Positions 27,841 through 38,807 of a stretch of 64,000 nucleotides of DNA are shown one piece after another. Under the pieces are notes generated by a model. It saw only the letters and a program-made list of their open reading frames with translations, made no database searches and was not told the origin of the DNA. The DNA is from a virus. The translations under genes were made by a program, and so were the position numbers. The stretch lies in the IMG/VR virus record IMGVR_UViG_3300027804_003127. The stretch is one strand, 5' to 3'. Positions within the stretch are counted from its first letter, which is position 1. The number at the start of each line of letters is the position of its first letter.

Positions 27841-29663
27841 TGACAATAGACCCAAATAAAGTACTTTATGTATATAATGCTAATGACGAATACAGTGAAT
27901 CCTTAGCATTAGAATACAGCTTAGTTCGACAGATCCCAAGCATTAATTTGCTTGGGATCAATTCTATTACCTCTTCGGTATATCAATCTAGATTAGATTT
28001 TGAACAATCTTTACTTGATCAAATATTAGCAAAAATAGATTCATTAGGATCTTTTCCTAACACTATACATGCTTGTATATTGGGATACAGAGTTCCAGCT
28101 GGATATGTTGAAGAAAATTATGTTATATCTTGCTGCTCAGCTGTTGCTGCAGCATTTACGGGAAAAGACTCTGTATGTTTAAACCCTGCATATAGAAAAT
28201 CTGAAATATCTGCAGAACTATATGATTTCAACGTAATGCCATGCTGCCAACATGACCTACCAGCATATGGTTTGATGAAGAAAAAAATAGCAGAATTTTC
28301 AGGATATAGAAATGGCATACTCTCGAATGGGTATTTATATTTTGATAGATGGAGCTTAAAAGAAGAATATGGATACGATTATTATGCTGAAGAATTAAGC
28401 TCTTTTGAGCAAAATTTTATTAAGAATTATTTCAAATCTTATTTATTGACTTCAGAACCTATAGACAATCTAAGAAGCGACTTCGGATTTGCTTCTTCTG
28501 ATTCTTTTTTCTGGTCTGCTGGTTTACAGAACTTAACTACTAGCTTTTTTTTGACTCAAAATAGATTGAATCGAATTTTTTTCTTTAATGCAGATACTGA
28601 TTCATTTAAAAGTTTTAGATCTGACAATGTCTTTGGACCAGCTATCGCTGCTTTAGACTCAGGATATATATCTGCAGCTGGGATGATGAGCGACTTACCC
28701 GAGACAGAATTGATTCTCGATCAAATAGATCCTTATGATATTAAAACTGCATCAACAGTTTCTTGCTGGCTTAGACCTGAGCCTTTTTTCTACAGCGCTA
28801 GCAAAGACTATACTTTACTGGAATCAATGTATTTTGCTTCACCATTACTATGTTCTCCTATGACTTACTTTTGCGACCCTTTATGTAAGGTTATTTTTAA
28901 TAATGATTTATCAATTCCTAGTAAGTTTTCTCCAAAAGAGTCTTGGTCTAGAATACATGAGATACTAAGTCAATGTTCCGCTCTATTATTAAGAAGAATA
29001 AATTCAGCTACAGCTTTAACAGGAAGAGCGGGTACATATAGAGATGTTAACGATAAAATTTGGGCTTTAGACAGATATAGGGGAATAAGCACCAACAATA
29101 CATTGATACAAATTTCTTCTCAAGTGAACCCCGCTTTTTCTGCATGGAAAAAATTTGCTGAAATAGCATATTTCGATCAGTTTGATGGCTTAAAGCCTTC
29201 TTTTATAGACATAATAAATAATTTAGACTTTAAATTAACTAATGCTTTTATAAGACTTAATATAAATTCTTCTCAACTTAATGAGAAAATTGATACTGTA
29301 AATAAAGAAGTAAAAGGATCTTTTATCATAGAGACATATTTACCTGAAATAAATTTAGGAACTGGTTTTTATCAAATAAAAGCAGATATTTACTTAGACC
29401 AATTAGATTCAAGTCCGTTTATCTCGTCAACATCTTTTGCAGAAAAAACTTCATGGCTTGTGGAAGACTTTGATAAAACATTTAAGAATTTCCCAAACGA
29501 AGGCTTATTTAGTTCTTTAACTTCAAGAAAAATAAAGTTTTACAATAGAAAGGAAATACAAGATAAAAACATCGGAGATAATGTTTGGGTAAAGCTAACA
29601 TTTACTTTAGATTACACTAGATCTTACACAACAGATTTTATAGAGGCTTTGATAATATCATGA
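27837..29663 (+). CDS. Divergent TIGR03790-like protein
   Basis: P..VL.VYNAN...S..LA.EY...R.IP..NL N-terminus; later NPAY, E.MY.ASP.L.....DPL. Confidence 0.5.
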   Translation: MMTIDPNKVLYVYNANDEYSESLALEYSLVRQIPSINLLGINSITSSVYQSRLDFEQSLLDQILAKIDSLGSFPNTIHACILGYRVPAGYVEENYVISCCSAVAAAFTGKDSVCLNPAYRKSEISAELYDFNVMPCCQHDLPAYGLMKKKIAEFSGYRNGILSNGYLYFDRWSLKEEYGYDYYAEELSSFEQNFIKNYFKSYLLTSEPIDNLRSDFGFASSDSFFWSAGLQNLTTSFFLTQNRLNRIFFFNADTDSFKSFRSDNVFGPAIAALDSGYISAAGMMSDLPETELILDQIDPYDIKTASTVSCWLRPEPFFYSASKDYTLLESMYFASPLLCSPMTYFCDPLCKVIFNNDLSIPSKFSPKESWSRIHEILSQCSALLLRRINSATALTGRAGTYRDVNDKIWALDRYRGISTNNTLIQISSQVNPAFSAWKKFAEIAYFDQFDGLKPSFIDIINNLDFKLTNAFIRLNINSSQLNEKIDTVNKEVKGSFIIETYLPEINLGTGFYQIKADIYLDQLDSSPFISSTSFAEKTSWLVEDFDKTFKNFPNEGLFSSLTSRKIKFYNRKEIQDKNIGDNVWVKLTFTLDYTRSYTTDFIEALIIS

Positions 29664-30148
29664 TATTACCTGGAGAATTTAAATTAACTTCTGAATACGC
29701 TGCAGACATTATAGGAGTTACAGATAAAGTTGTTATCTTAATACAAGAGGCCTTAAATATATGCAAGAATCAAACTGACGTAAATCTTGCTGATTACAGG
29801 ATGGAAGAGCTTATAGGAGGACTTAGATTAACAGGAAACACTTTATATAATTCTGTAAATTTTAGTGACAACTATCTTATTAATTTAGTTGCTAACATGG
29901 CGGAAAAAATTAAAATACAGTATGGAATATCATTCGATCAATTTTTAGAAGAGCAATATTTAGAAATAAATCAAGTACTTTATGAGAAGATGCCTATCTT
30001 TGCAATTAATAATCCAACAGAAAGATTTGGAGATAAATATGCAAGGTGGTCTGATATAGATTCTAATATTGATTCTATAAATCTGTCCATGCATTCTAAT
30101 ACGAGAATGACCTGGTCTTTTATAGGCGCTACGAATACTGACATTTAA
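29660..30148 (+). CDS. Hypothetical protein
   Basis: ATGA overlap; GAGG RBS. Confidence 0.65.
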   Translation: MILPGEFKLTSEYAADIIGVTDKVVILIQEALNICKNQTDVNLADYRMEELIGGLRLTGNTLYNSVNFSDNYLINLVANMAEKIKIQYGISFDQFLEEQYLEINQVLYEKMPIFAINNPTERFGDKYARWSDIDSNIDSINLSMHSNTRMTWSFIGATNTDI

Positions 30149-30556
30149 TTAAGTCAAATAGTCTATATTATTTTCTATCTTTTTTATAGTATCTGTATAT
30201 CTATACCACAAAGATGGATCGCCTTCAAATGATGAAACATTTGCTGCTATTATTTTCATAAGTGACATGGCTAGTCTTATGTCTCTTAGAGTATCTGAAG
30301 CTTTTTTGATTTCTTTATCATCTAAAAATTTGTTGAGCTTAAGTATTATTGCTTTGTCTTCTGGATAATTCTTTTTTATATCTCTTGAAATTTCTTCCAT
30401 ATTTTTCTTAATTGATTCTAATATTATCTTATCTTTAAGCATTTCATACTGAAGATTTTCATTTTTTGATATCAGATTAGACATCATATTAATAGCATTA
30501 TTAGTGCTTTCTATGCTTTTTGTAAAAAGTTGCTTTTCTAAATCATTCATGAGCAT
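30149..30556 (-). CDS. Hypothetical coiled-coil protein
   Basis: In a minus-strand operon. Confidence 0.6.
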   Translation of the reverse strand: MLMNDLEKQLFTKSIESTNNAINMMSNLISKNENLQYEMLKDKIILESIKKNMEEISRDIKKNYPEDKAIILKLNKFLDDKEIKKASDTLRDIRLAMSLMKIIAANVSSFEGDPSLWYRYTDTIKKIENNIDYLT

Positions 30557-31131
30557 GTAATCATGTGTGAAAAACTTTTGCTTTCTATCCTATTCATTGC
30601 CCCTGTAAGCCATGGATACATGTTTGACTTCATTCTATCCATCAGTCTCTTGCCTTCCTTAGAAGCGCCTCCAGTGGCCGTTCCCTTGCCTCTTACGATT
30701 ATATCTCTTATTTCGTTAGAAAATATATAGTGATTCATTAAAATTTCAATCATGCTTTCAAAATTTTTGTCGTAATAATTTGATGGCGGACTTTTCTTCC
30801 ATTGACAATATAAGCTTTTTGCTATTTTTGACAGTTCTCCAGGGTCATTTGCATTCATAATTTCTTGACCTAAGTCTTTTGCAAAAGCAGATCCTTTTGG
30901 AGAAAAGAAAGAATACCCCTCAGTCAATCTGTCAATATTTACTTCATCTTGAGTTTTATCAAATAAATTAAGTCCTGTGTCTATAATTTTTCCAGTACTT
31001 GATCCTTCCATCAAGTGTTGAGAAACTGGATTGCTATAGATTGAATCTATTGCTCTCCAGATTGGTCTGGCTAAACTTCCGATAGCCTTTTTACTTAAGT
31101 ATAAAGTTGAGTTGGAATATATTTTAATCAT
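30547..31131 (-). CDS. Hypothetical protein with K-x-A leader followed by an amphipathic helix
   Basis: MIKIYSNSTLYLSKKA|IGSLARPIWRAIDSIY. Confidence 0.65.
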   Translation of the reverse strand: MIKIYSNSTLYLSKKAIGSLARPIWRAIDSIYSNPVSQHLMEGSSTGKIIDTGLNLFDKTQDEVNIDRLTEGYSFFSPKGSAFAKDLGQEIMNANDPGELSKIAKSLYCQWKKSPPSNYYDKNFESMIEILMNHYIFSNEIRDIIVRGKGTATGGASKEGKRLMDRMKSNMYPWLTGAMNRIESKSFSHMITCS

Positions 31132-31137
31132 TTTAAA

Positions 31138-31728
31138 TTACCTTATTTTTGAACAAATTACATATAGCATTTGCATTTTTCTAGCAAAACCTGGATCTAC
31201 TGGTGCAAGCTTGGAGAACAATTTTTCACTATCAAACATATGTTTTATATGATTTAATATTAATATAAAATCTGGTGGATATTTGTTTGACAATACACCT
31301 GCATACTCGTGAGGATGGATAATCTGTAGTTCGAATTTTTTTCTTATAGCATCATTGCTTTTAGACTTCAAAAGCTGTTTTCCCATAAAACTCTTACCTC
31401 TGCGTTCAATCATATTCTGAGTGTGAGTTATATAATGCAAAGACATTCTGTATATACTTTCACACACTTCTTTTATTTCTTTCATGCCACTTATGCTATA
31501 AGCGACTCTAGGGGTAAAATAGATATTCCCCTCTTCTGCTGCTTTCTTTGCAGCCTTGACTGCTTCTAATTGCATTTGTGTTTCTATATCTATTTGTGAA
31601 TCAATATCTCTTATAACTTGGTCCATGAATATATGCATCATATTCATTGAATTAAATTCATCTTCACTTAAAGAATCTTCTAGTGAATGATCAAAAAAAG
31701 AAAAAGTAGATCTTAAAAGGTTTTTCAT
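31138..31728 (-). CDS. Hypothetical protein
   Basis: 196-aa ORF heading a minus-strand operon. Confidence 0.65.
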   Translation of the reverse strand: MKNLLRSTFSFFDHSLEDSLSEDEFNSMNMMHIFMDQVIRDIDSQIDIETQMQLEAVKAAKKAAEEGNIYFTPRVAYSISGMKEIKEVCESIYRMSLHYITHTQNMIERRGKSFMGKQLLKSKSNDAIRKKFELQIIHPHEYAGVLSNKYPPDFILILNHIKHMFDSEKLFSKLAPVDPGFARKMQMLYVICSKIR

Positions 31729-31779
31729 TTATTATTTGTATATAAAATATATTATGTATTTATCGAGGTATATCCTTAT

Positions 31780-32646
31780 ATGAATCTTTTTAATTCTAAT
31801 AGTATAACTTTTAAGAGAAATAGTCAACTTATAAAATTGGCTCAAAGCAATGCATCAGCTGGTGCCTCAGCAAATGCTCAGTCTTACAACAGTGGAAATA
31901 CTCAGTCTAAAAATAATACTCAAACAAATCCACAAACTCCAAGAACAAATACTGCGCCTACAAATACGCCTAGCGCGTCTTCTGGATCAGGAAATGCTCA
32001 ATCTAATCAAGCTCAATCTTCTAATAAGGGACAGGTAGATTTTTATCATGAAAATCTTTTAAAATCTGATAATGCCATGAGAACATCTCTTGGTCTTCCC
32101 CCATTTAAATCGGTAAGAGAGATGTTAGAGGCAAGAAGTAGATTAAAGTCAGAATATGAAGCTGCCATGAGGTACTATGCAAGTAAAAATATGATGACTG
32201 AAGCACAATTTAAGCAAACCTACCCTACTGTATATGACTTTGAAGCTGACCAAAAAAGAGGATCTCATAATATATTAGAAAGAAGTTTTGGAGATGAAGC
32301 AATTCTTAATGCAATTATTACAAATGATGATTCAGTATTAAACAATACATCTTCTCATGAAGTAACTAGAGTTATGAACGAATTTGTAAAAAGATTGCCA
32401 TCAATTCAAAAAGGAGAAGACTTAGCTAGCTATGAGCATAGAGTAAGACTAGCATTAGCTCCTTACGACTTTACACATGCAGAAGTTAAGGAATATTTTG
32501 TTAAGATAAAATTGCTTGACGCTAAAAGAAGAGTTGCTTCACAAAGTAGAGCTTTTTCTAATAAAGCGAAAGATGAACAAGTTATACAAGATTCTAGAAG
32601 CTTACAAAGTAGAACACCTATTAGGGTAACTCGTTTTGATCAATAA
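31780..32646 (+). CDS. Hypothetical protein with IKLAQ leader and S/N/Q-rich linker
   Basis: GAGG RBS; AAAGG-N16-TGTATA upstream at 31716-31742. Confidence 0.7.
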   Translation: MNLFNSNSITFKRNSQLIKLAQSNASAGASANAQSYNSGNTQSKNNTQTNPQTPRTNTAPTNTPSASSGSGNAQSNQAQSSNKGQVDFYHENLLKSDNAMRTSLGLPPFKSVREMLEARSRLKSEYEAAMRYYASKNMMTEAQFKQTYPTVYDFEADQKRGSHNILERSFGDEAILNAIITNDDSVLNNTSSHEVTRVMNEFVKRLPSIQKGEDLASYEHRVRLALAPYDFTHAEVKEYFVKIKLLDAKRRVASQSRAFSNKAKDEQVIQDSRSLQSRTPIRVTRFDQ

Positions 32647-32664
32647 TACTTAGTTAATTAAATT

Positions 32665-32695
32665 AAAAAAGGCAAGATTATATCTTGCCTTTTTT
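32665..32695. terminator. Bidirectional intrinsic terminator
   Basis: AAAAAAGGCAAGAT-tat-ATCTTGCCTTTTTT between convergent genes. Confidence 0.88.
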
Positions 32696-32715
32696 ATTTG
32701 ATTTTTATTACCTTA

Positions 32716-33534
<819 letters not shown>

Positions 33535-33545
33535 TTTACCCTCTA

Positions 33546-34322
<777 letters not shown>

Positions 34323-34330
34323 ATTTCCTC

Positions 34331-35260
34331 TTAATCTTTTATGTAACCTGGAAAACCTTGATTTGCTCCTTGAGCTGGAGCTTGAGGTTGTTTCATTCCT
34401 TGATTAAAGCCAGACATCCCACTAGGCATTTTTTGAGCTTGAGCAGCGATGTCTCCAACTGCTTTCATTGCATCTTTCATATAAGCATCTAAAGTGCTAT
34501 TTATTCCAGATATAGGAGCTACTGCTTCTTGCAATAATGCAAGACCTTTATAGAATTCATTTGGATTCCAGTGCTGTATGGTGTTATCTTTTTCTGTTAA
34601 TTTTGCTATACCTTCACCAGCTACGTATCCAGTAAGTCCTCCTGCCAGACCTGCACCTGCAACTCCTAGCCAATTTATTTTTGGCTTTCTTGGTCTTCGT
34701 GGCTTTGGTGGTGTAGGGGGTGGTGTAGGGGAAGGTGTAGGGGAAGGTGTGGGTGAAGGTGTAGGTGAAGGTGTAGGTGAAGGTGTAGGTGAAGGTGTAG
34801 GTGAAGGTGTAGGGGAAGGTCCAGTTCCTAATTTATTTAAAATTGCAGCATAATTTTGAATACTTAGATTATTCGTAGGATCAGCTATTTTTCCAGTTTT
34901 AACATTCTTTATTGCGAATAAACCGCTCCCTGGAGATGGAGTAACTGTTTTTTTACCAGTTGTTGGATCTTTGCCAACAGCGATCTCCAAGACTTCATAT
35001 CCTTGAGGGACAGCCCTACTCCTATAGGCAAGCAATGCAGCTACATATGATGGATCTTTAAGTTTGCCTTGATTCTCATCAAACAACAATCTTGCCCCAA
35101 CAGTAGTTGCACCAGCACCAGCACCAGCACCTAATGCTGTTTTGATTATCCCATTTTCTTTATAAAAAAGATTGTTTTTAATTCCTGAATTAAGCCACTC
35201 TTGGGAGCTTAACTTTACCATAGTTTTATTTTGATTTGCCAGTTTTATTAAACGTGCCAT
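34331..35260 (-). CDS. Leader-family protein with (PSPT)n and Gly-zipper helix
   Basis: MARLIKLA..VKLSSQEWLNSGIK..IKTA; LGVAGAGLAGGLTG; paralog of 8736..10172. Confidence 0.7.
   Translation of the reverse strand: MARLIKLANQNKTMVKLSSQEWLNSGIKNNLFYKENGIIKTALGAGAGAGATTVGARLLFDENQGKLKDPSYVAALLAYRSRAVPQGYEVLEIAVGKDPTTGKKTVTPSPGSGLFAIKNVKTGKIADPTNNLSIQNYAAILNKLGTGPSPTPSPTPSPTPSPTPSPTPSPTPSPTPSPTPPPTPPKPRRPRKPKINWLGVAGAGLAGGLTGYVAGEGIAKLTEKDNTIQHWNPNEFYKGLALLQEAVAPISGINSTLDAYMKDAMKAVGDIAAQAQKMPSGMSGFNQGMKQPQAPAQGANQGFPGYIKD
34724..34819 (-). repeat. 12-bp tandem repeat encoding (PSPT)8
   Basis: Near-perfect GTAGGTGAAGGT units. Confidence 0.9.
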
Positions 35261-35318
35261 TTTTGCCCTCTTTTATAAACCATTTTTTAAAAATAAATTT
35301 GATATAATCCTTTAATTT

Positions 35319-36104
35319 TTATAAATTCTTACTTATGTAATCAAGCTCTTTAGCTATTTCTTTTCCCATATAGTCAAGAACAGAACTTATTCCAGATATT
35401 CTTTTTATATTAGATATCATAGCTGCAGACCCAGCGTTAAATCCCGATTTACCATGAGAATAATTATCTAATGCTTTTTTCCTAACGGTCCTGTCTGCTT
35501 GCATACTTTCTTTAGCCTTATTTATTAAATAGCTACTGGCAAGCCACCCAGTTGCTCCACCTGCTAAACCAGCCCCAACTCTTCCAAGTATTGGGGCACC
35601 TTTTTGATTAATAAAGTCTTTTATTTTAGAACTTCTTTGATTTTTTAATAATTTTCTTAATTCAGAATCTGAATATAGACCTATTTCGTCTGAAAGAAGA
35701 TTTGGATTTTTTCTTAGAATCTGTTCTAATACTACATTTCTTTTATTTTCAGGCATTTTAGCTATTGTATCTAATGTTATTGGAGAACCTTTATACAAAA
35801 TTGTGGATAGAACTTTATTTTGCTCATTAGGACTTAATGCTTTTAATGCAGCCATTAATGTTGCAGCACCTATAGCTGATTCTACATATTGACCTGACTT
35901 ATCTTCTTTTTCTTTTTCTTTTTCTTCTTCTTCATTTGGTTTTGTGTTTTTGTTTTTATCTTTATTAAAAAAAGACAACAAAGAACCATTTCCTCCTGTG
36001 GTAGGAATCGGTATGTCAAAATCAACCTGAGCATATTTGTGGATGGGAATCCAACCATTACTTATGCCTGTTTCTATCCATTGTTTTTTAGATATTTTAA
36101 TCAA
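35319..36104 (-). CDS. Leader-family protein with Gly-zipper helix
   Basis: Start revised to TTG 36104 (TTGA overlap); IKISKKQWIETGISNGW..KYAQ; VGAGLAGGATG; ISGISSVLD. Confidence 0.65.
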   Translation of the reverse strand: MIKISKKQWIETGISNGWIPIHKYAQVDFDIPIPTTGGNGSLLSFFNKDKNKNTKPNEEEEKEKEKEDKSGQYVESAIGAATLMAALKALSPNEQNKVLSTILYKGSPITLDTIAKMPENKRNVVLEQILRKNPNLLSDEIGLYSDSELRKLLKNQRSSKIKDFINQKGAPILGRVGAGLAGGATGWLASSYLINKAKESMQADRTVRKKALDNYSHGKSGFNAGSAAMISNIKRISGISSVLDYMGKEIAKELDYISKNL

Positions 36105-36436
36105 GGTAAATTGGTTCCCCTGCGCCAAGCCTTGCAGCTCCAATATCTTGCAGAAGTCCTATCTTTTGCTGTATCGCATTTATGCCTAGCTAAAAAACTC
36201 TTCTGCCTTGATGGCTTGTTTCTTTTTATGCTTAAAGTCTTTTCTCCTTTAGCTTTGGCACTTGATCCGCCGTGTCCGAAATTAACTTTTTTAACATTTC
36301 CACTTTTAGGATCTTTTACGTATACCTTAAATTTCTTAACATCACCCTTCATTATTTTGCCAAGCTGAACATCTTTACCCTTATGCTTTGCAGCTTCTTT
36401 TTTCATTTCATAATTTTCTGAATTGAATTCAAGCAT
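36101..36436 (-). CDS. Conserved small basic phage protein (KKFKVYVK..VKKVNFG..SFLARHKC..ARYWSC) behind a KKEA leader
   Basis: Motif family recognised from large-phage proteomes; AAGGAG RBS. Confidence 0.75.
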   Translation of the reverse strand: MLEFNSENYEMKKEAAKHKGKDVQLGKIMKGDVKKFKVYVKDPKSGNVKKVNFGHGGSSAKAKGEKTLSIKRNKPSRQKSFLARHKCDTAKDRTSARYWSCKAWRRGTNLP

Positions 36437-36448
36437 AAATATCTCCTT

Positions 36449-36482
36449 AAAAAGAACAGTACGGTTTTTTACGCCGTACTGT
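36449..36482 (-). terminator. Intrinsic terminator overlapping a promoter motif (AAAGG-N17-CGTAAA, 36495-36468)
   Basis: 9-bp stem ACAGTACGG/CCGTACTGT followed by TCTTTTT on the minus strand. Confidence 0.7.
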
Positions 36483-36527
36483 CTATATCCCCTTTATTGT
36501 ATTATATAGTATTTATTATTTTATGAA

Positions 36528-37193
36528 TTATGGGGACTTGCGGGGTGTGTAATCTGCCATTATGCTTACTGTTATATCGTAAAAATGCTTTCTCCACTCT
36601 GCAGAAGTAACATATTTATATTTTAAATTTCCATTTTCTTTCATTTTATGTATAAAATCATTGACATCTAAACCTTCTTCGTATGCTTTCATGATTTCAG
36701 AAGTTACTGGTGGAGCATTAATTCCTTTTGGAGTATCCTTTCGTACAACAAGAACTTTGTCATTTTCAGGCCTTTGTGTTACATCAACATCAACTATTCT
36801 TATAGTTTGTAGCGGAAATGCTTCAATATCTTCAATATCAAACACTACTTTAAGACACGCTTTTCTAAATTTATCATTTATTAATGATTCTATAGATTTA
36901 CTTAAGTTTTGCCTCCAACTTTCAAAAGCTATTACTTCTTCATGAGTTGGATCATTGGTATTACCTAAATAATCTATTATAGATTTACAATGATTTAATC
37001 CGTCTGCGTCAAAGCAAAATTGAGTATTCCATGGCTTTGAGCACACCATTTTGCCTTCTTTTAAATGAAAATCAACATTTACTTGATTCCTAGGGAATTT
37101 AGTATCTGACATAGTGATGTATATTTCATTAGCAACTAATTTAGTTAAATCTTCCGACAAAAAAGTTTGAACATTATTATTTAATACAGACAT
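36528..37193 (-). CDS. Hypothetical protein
   Basis: Start revised to ATG 37193 (GAGGT RBS). Confidence 0.7.
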   Translation of the reverse strand: MSVLNNNVQTFLSEDLTKLVANEIYITMSDTKFPRNQVNVDFHLKEGKMVCSKPWNTQFCFDADGLNHCKSIIDYLGNTNDPTHEEVIAFESWRQNLSKSIESLINDKFRKACLKVVFDIEDIEAFPLQTIRIVDVDVTQRPENDKVLVVRKDTPKGINAPPVTSEIMKAYEEGLDVNDFIHKMKENGNLKYKYVTSAEWRKHFYDITVSIMADYTPRKSP

Positions 37194-38073
37194 GTTATAC
37201 CTCAAAGAGATTAATTTCGAAAACTTCTGTGGCTATAAGGAAATAAATTTATCGTTTATGAACGAAAGAAATTTTATTCCCTTGTCTGTCTTTTTCGGTC
37301 CAAACGGCACTGGTAAAAGTACTATACTAAGTGGAATAAGAATAATATCTAATCCATATCAATTTTACGGAAGAGAAAATGATTTATATTTTAGAAAAAT
37401 GATATTTCATGAAGATTATGATCCAACTTATTCTGGTTTTATTGCTAGTAGTAGAAAATTAAGTTTAAAAGGTGTCTTTTTTGACAACACAGGGAAAGAG
37501 TATTTTTCTCATATTGATCAAAATGGTATTGTTGAAACAACACTTCCTAGATACAACTCAGATCAAGAAGGTTGGTCTATTTTTACCGATGCAGATCATC
37601 CAATTAATTTAAATAAGTTTCAACTTAAATGGGAAGCAGCTGATAAATTCCTAGAAATTGCTTCGTATGTATATGGACTACCTATAGAGTTAGGAAAAAC
37701 TGTAGAGACACATGATCTTAATGATACCGCTAAATTTTATCAAGATCTAATTATACATAAAAAAGAAGTAAAAGTACATTTCAAAAGAATGAGTGATGGA
37801 GAAAAGAAAATAGCAACATTGCTAAGAACAATTTGTAATGAATCTGTTATGAACCCAAGTAAAATATGTCTTATAGATAATGCTGAAATGCATATATATT
37901 TCAAGAGACATCCAGGGCTTGTTAAAAGACTTATTAATAATTTTCCTGACACACAATTTATTACGACTTCACATAGCTATAATTTTATTCAAGCGGTCAA
38001 AGAAAGCTCAGGAGACAATTCTTTGTTTGACTTAGAGAAGTTTCATGGGTTTGATATAGTAAGGTATGAATAA
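37192..38073 (+). CDS. ABC/SMC-superfamily ATPase (AAA_15/AAA_21, OLD-ATPase-like) without coiled coil or nuclease domain
   Basis: LKEINFENF, FGPNGTGKST, MSDGEKK signature, CLIDNAEMH Walker B, FITTSHS. Confidence 0.85.
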   Translation: MLYLKEINFENFCGYKEINLSFMNERNFIPLSVFFGPNGTGKSTILSGIRIISNPYQFYGRENDLYFRKMIFHEDYDPTYSGFIASSRKLSLKGVFFDNTGKEYFSHIDQNGIVETTLPRYNSDQEGWSIFTDADHPINLNKFQLKWEAADKFLEIASYVYGLPIELGKTVETHDLNDTAKFYQDLIIHKKEVKVHFKRMSDGEKKIATLLRTICNESVMNPSKICLIDNAEMHIYFKRHPGLVKRLINNFPDTQFITTSHSYNFIQAVKESSGDNSLFDLEKFHGFDIVRYE

Positions 38074-38600
38074 CCACTGAACCCGAAGGGTTCTGTGCCG
38101 AGACGCGAAGCGTCGAGGGGTAATTAAAGAGAATGTCGTCATCTTCGATGACTCCATGAGTCGATCTCATTCCTGCGTCATGAGATCGAGGCTCTACAAA
38201 ATCCGTTTCTGTTTAGTATCACTTGTAAGTGATACTATTGTCCCCAGTCAATCGCCACTCTATAATACATTCTAAGAATTTTTCATATAGAGGACACACT
38301 CCCATCTTTCTTAGAAAGCCGTTTCTGTTAATAAATTAAAATTATATAAAAGACCAATTATACAAACGTATGTATCAGAGGAATTATGCAGATTCCTTGG
38401 TTTCTGTCCAGTAGTCGAACCTATTTGGGTTTTAGCCTGACGATTCTTCCGCCGCGTCTGGAGACACGCTACCAGGATAGTTGGGACGTTATCCTCTGGC
38501 CGATTTTATCCTGTGCCACAATGTAATTCAAATATGTTATCTCAAACTGCAAACTCGAGATTAACGTTTCTCGGCAAAAAAAGAAGTAAAATTTTGCATA
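38074..38600. other. Non-coding structured region (hairpin array; candidate origin or large ncRNA)
   Basis: Five perfect inverted repeats in 38079-38237; CCGTTTCTGTT direct repeat at 38203 and 38319; AT-rich core; no credible ORF. Confidence 0.6.
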
Positions 38601-38619
38601 AGATGGTAATAAAAATGTT

Positions 38620-38805
38620 ATGAGTTTATCTTTATATCCTAATGTGATTAATAAAAATATATTTGTTTCAGACACAGCGCCTTCTTACGCTGTTTCTGGA
38701 GATAATTGGTTTAATACATTAAATGGTGTCTTATTAGTGTTTATAAGAGATGATAATGGTAATGGCTACTGGATTGAAACTGGATCTTCAGTTAAAACGG
38801 GATAA
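38620..38805 (+). CDS. Small virion fibre-associated protein (single GDxW module)
   Basis: VSDTAPS....GDNWFNT.NG.L.VF..D.NG..YWIE. Confidence 0.65.
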   Translation: MSLSLYPNVINKNIFVSDTAPSYAVSGDNWFNTLNGVLLVFIRDDNGNGYWIETGSSVKTG

Positions 38806-38807
38806 AA

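Noticed and set aside
38405-38480. tRNA/tmRNA suggested by GGTTCGACT on the minus strand
   Set aside because: No T-stem or acceptor-stem pairing, cloverleaf or CCA end could be built.
37192-38600. Retron (ATPase plus msr-msd)
   Set aside because: No reverse transcriptase in the window and no long terminal a1/a2 inverted repeat was identified.
38469-38675. 68-aa minus-strand ORF in the structured region
   Set aside because: No RBS, antisense to the real 38620 gene, and unprotein-like composition.
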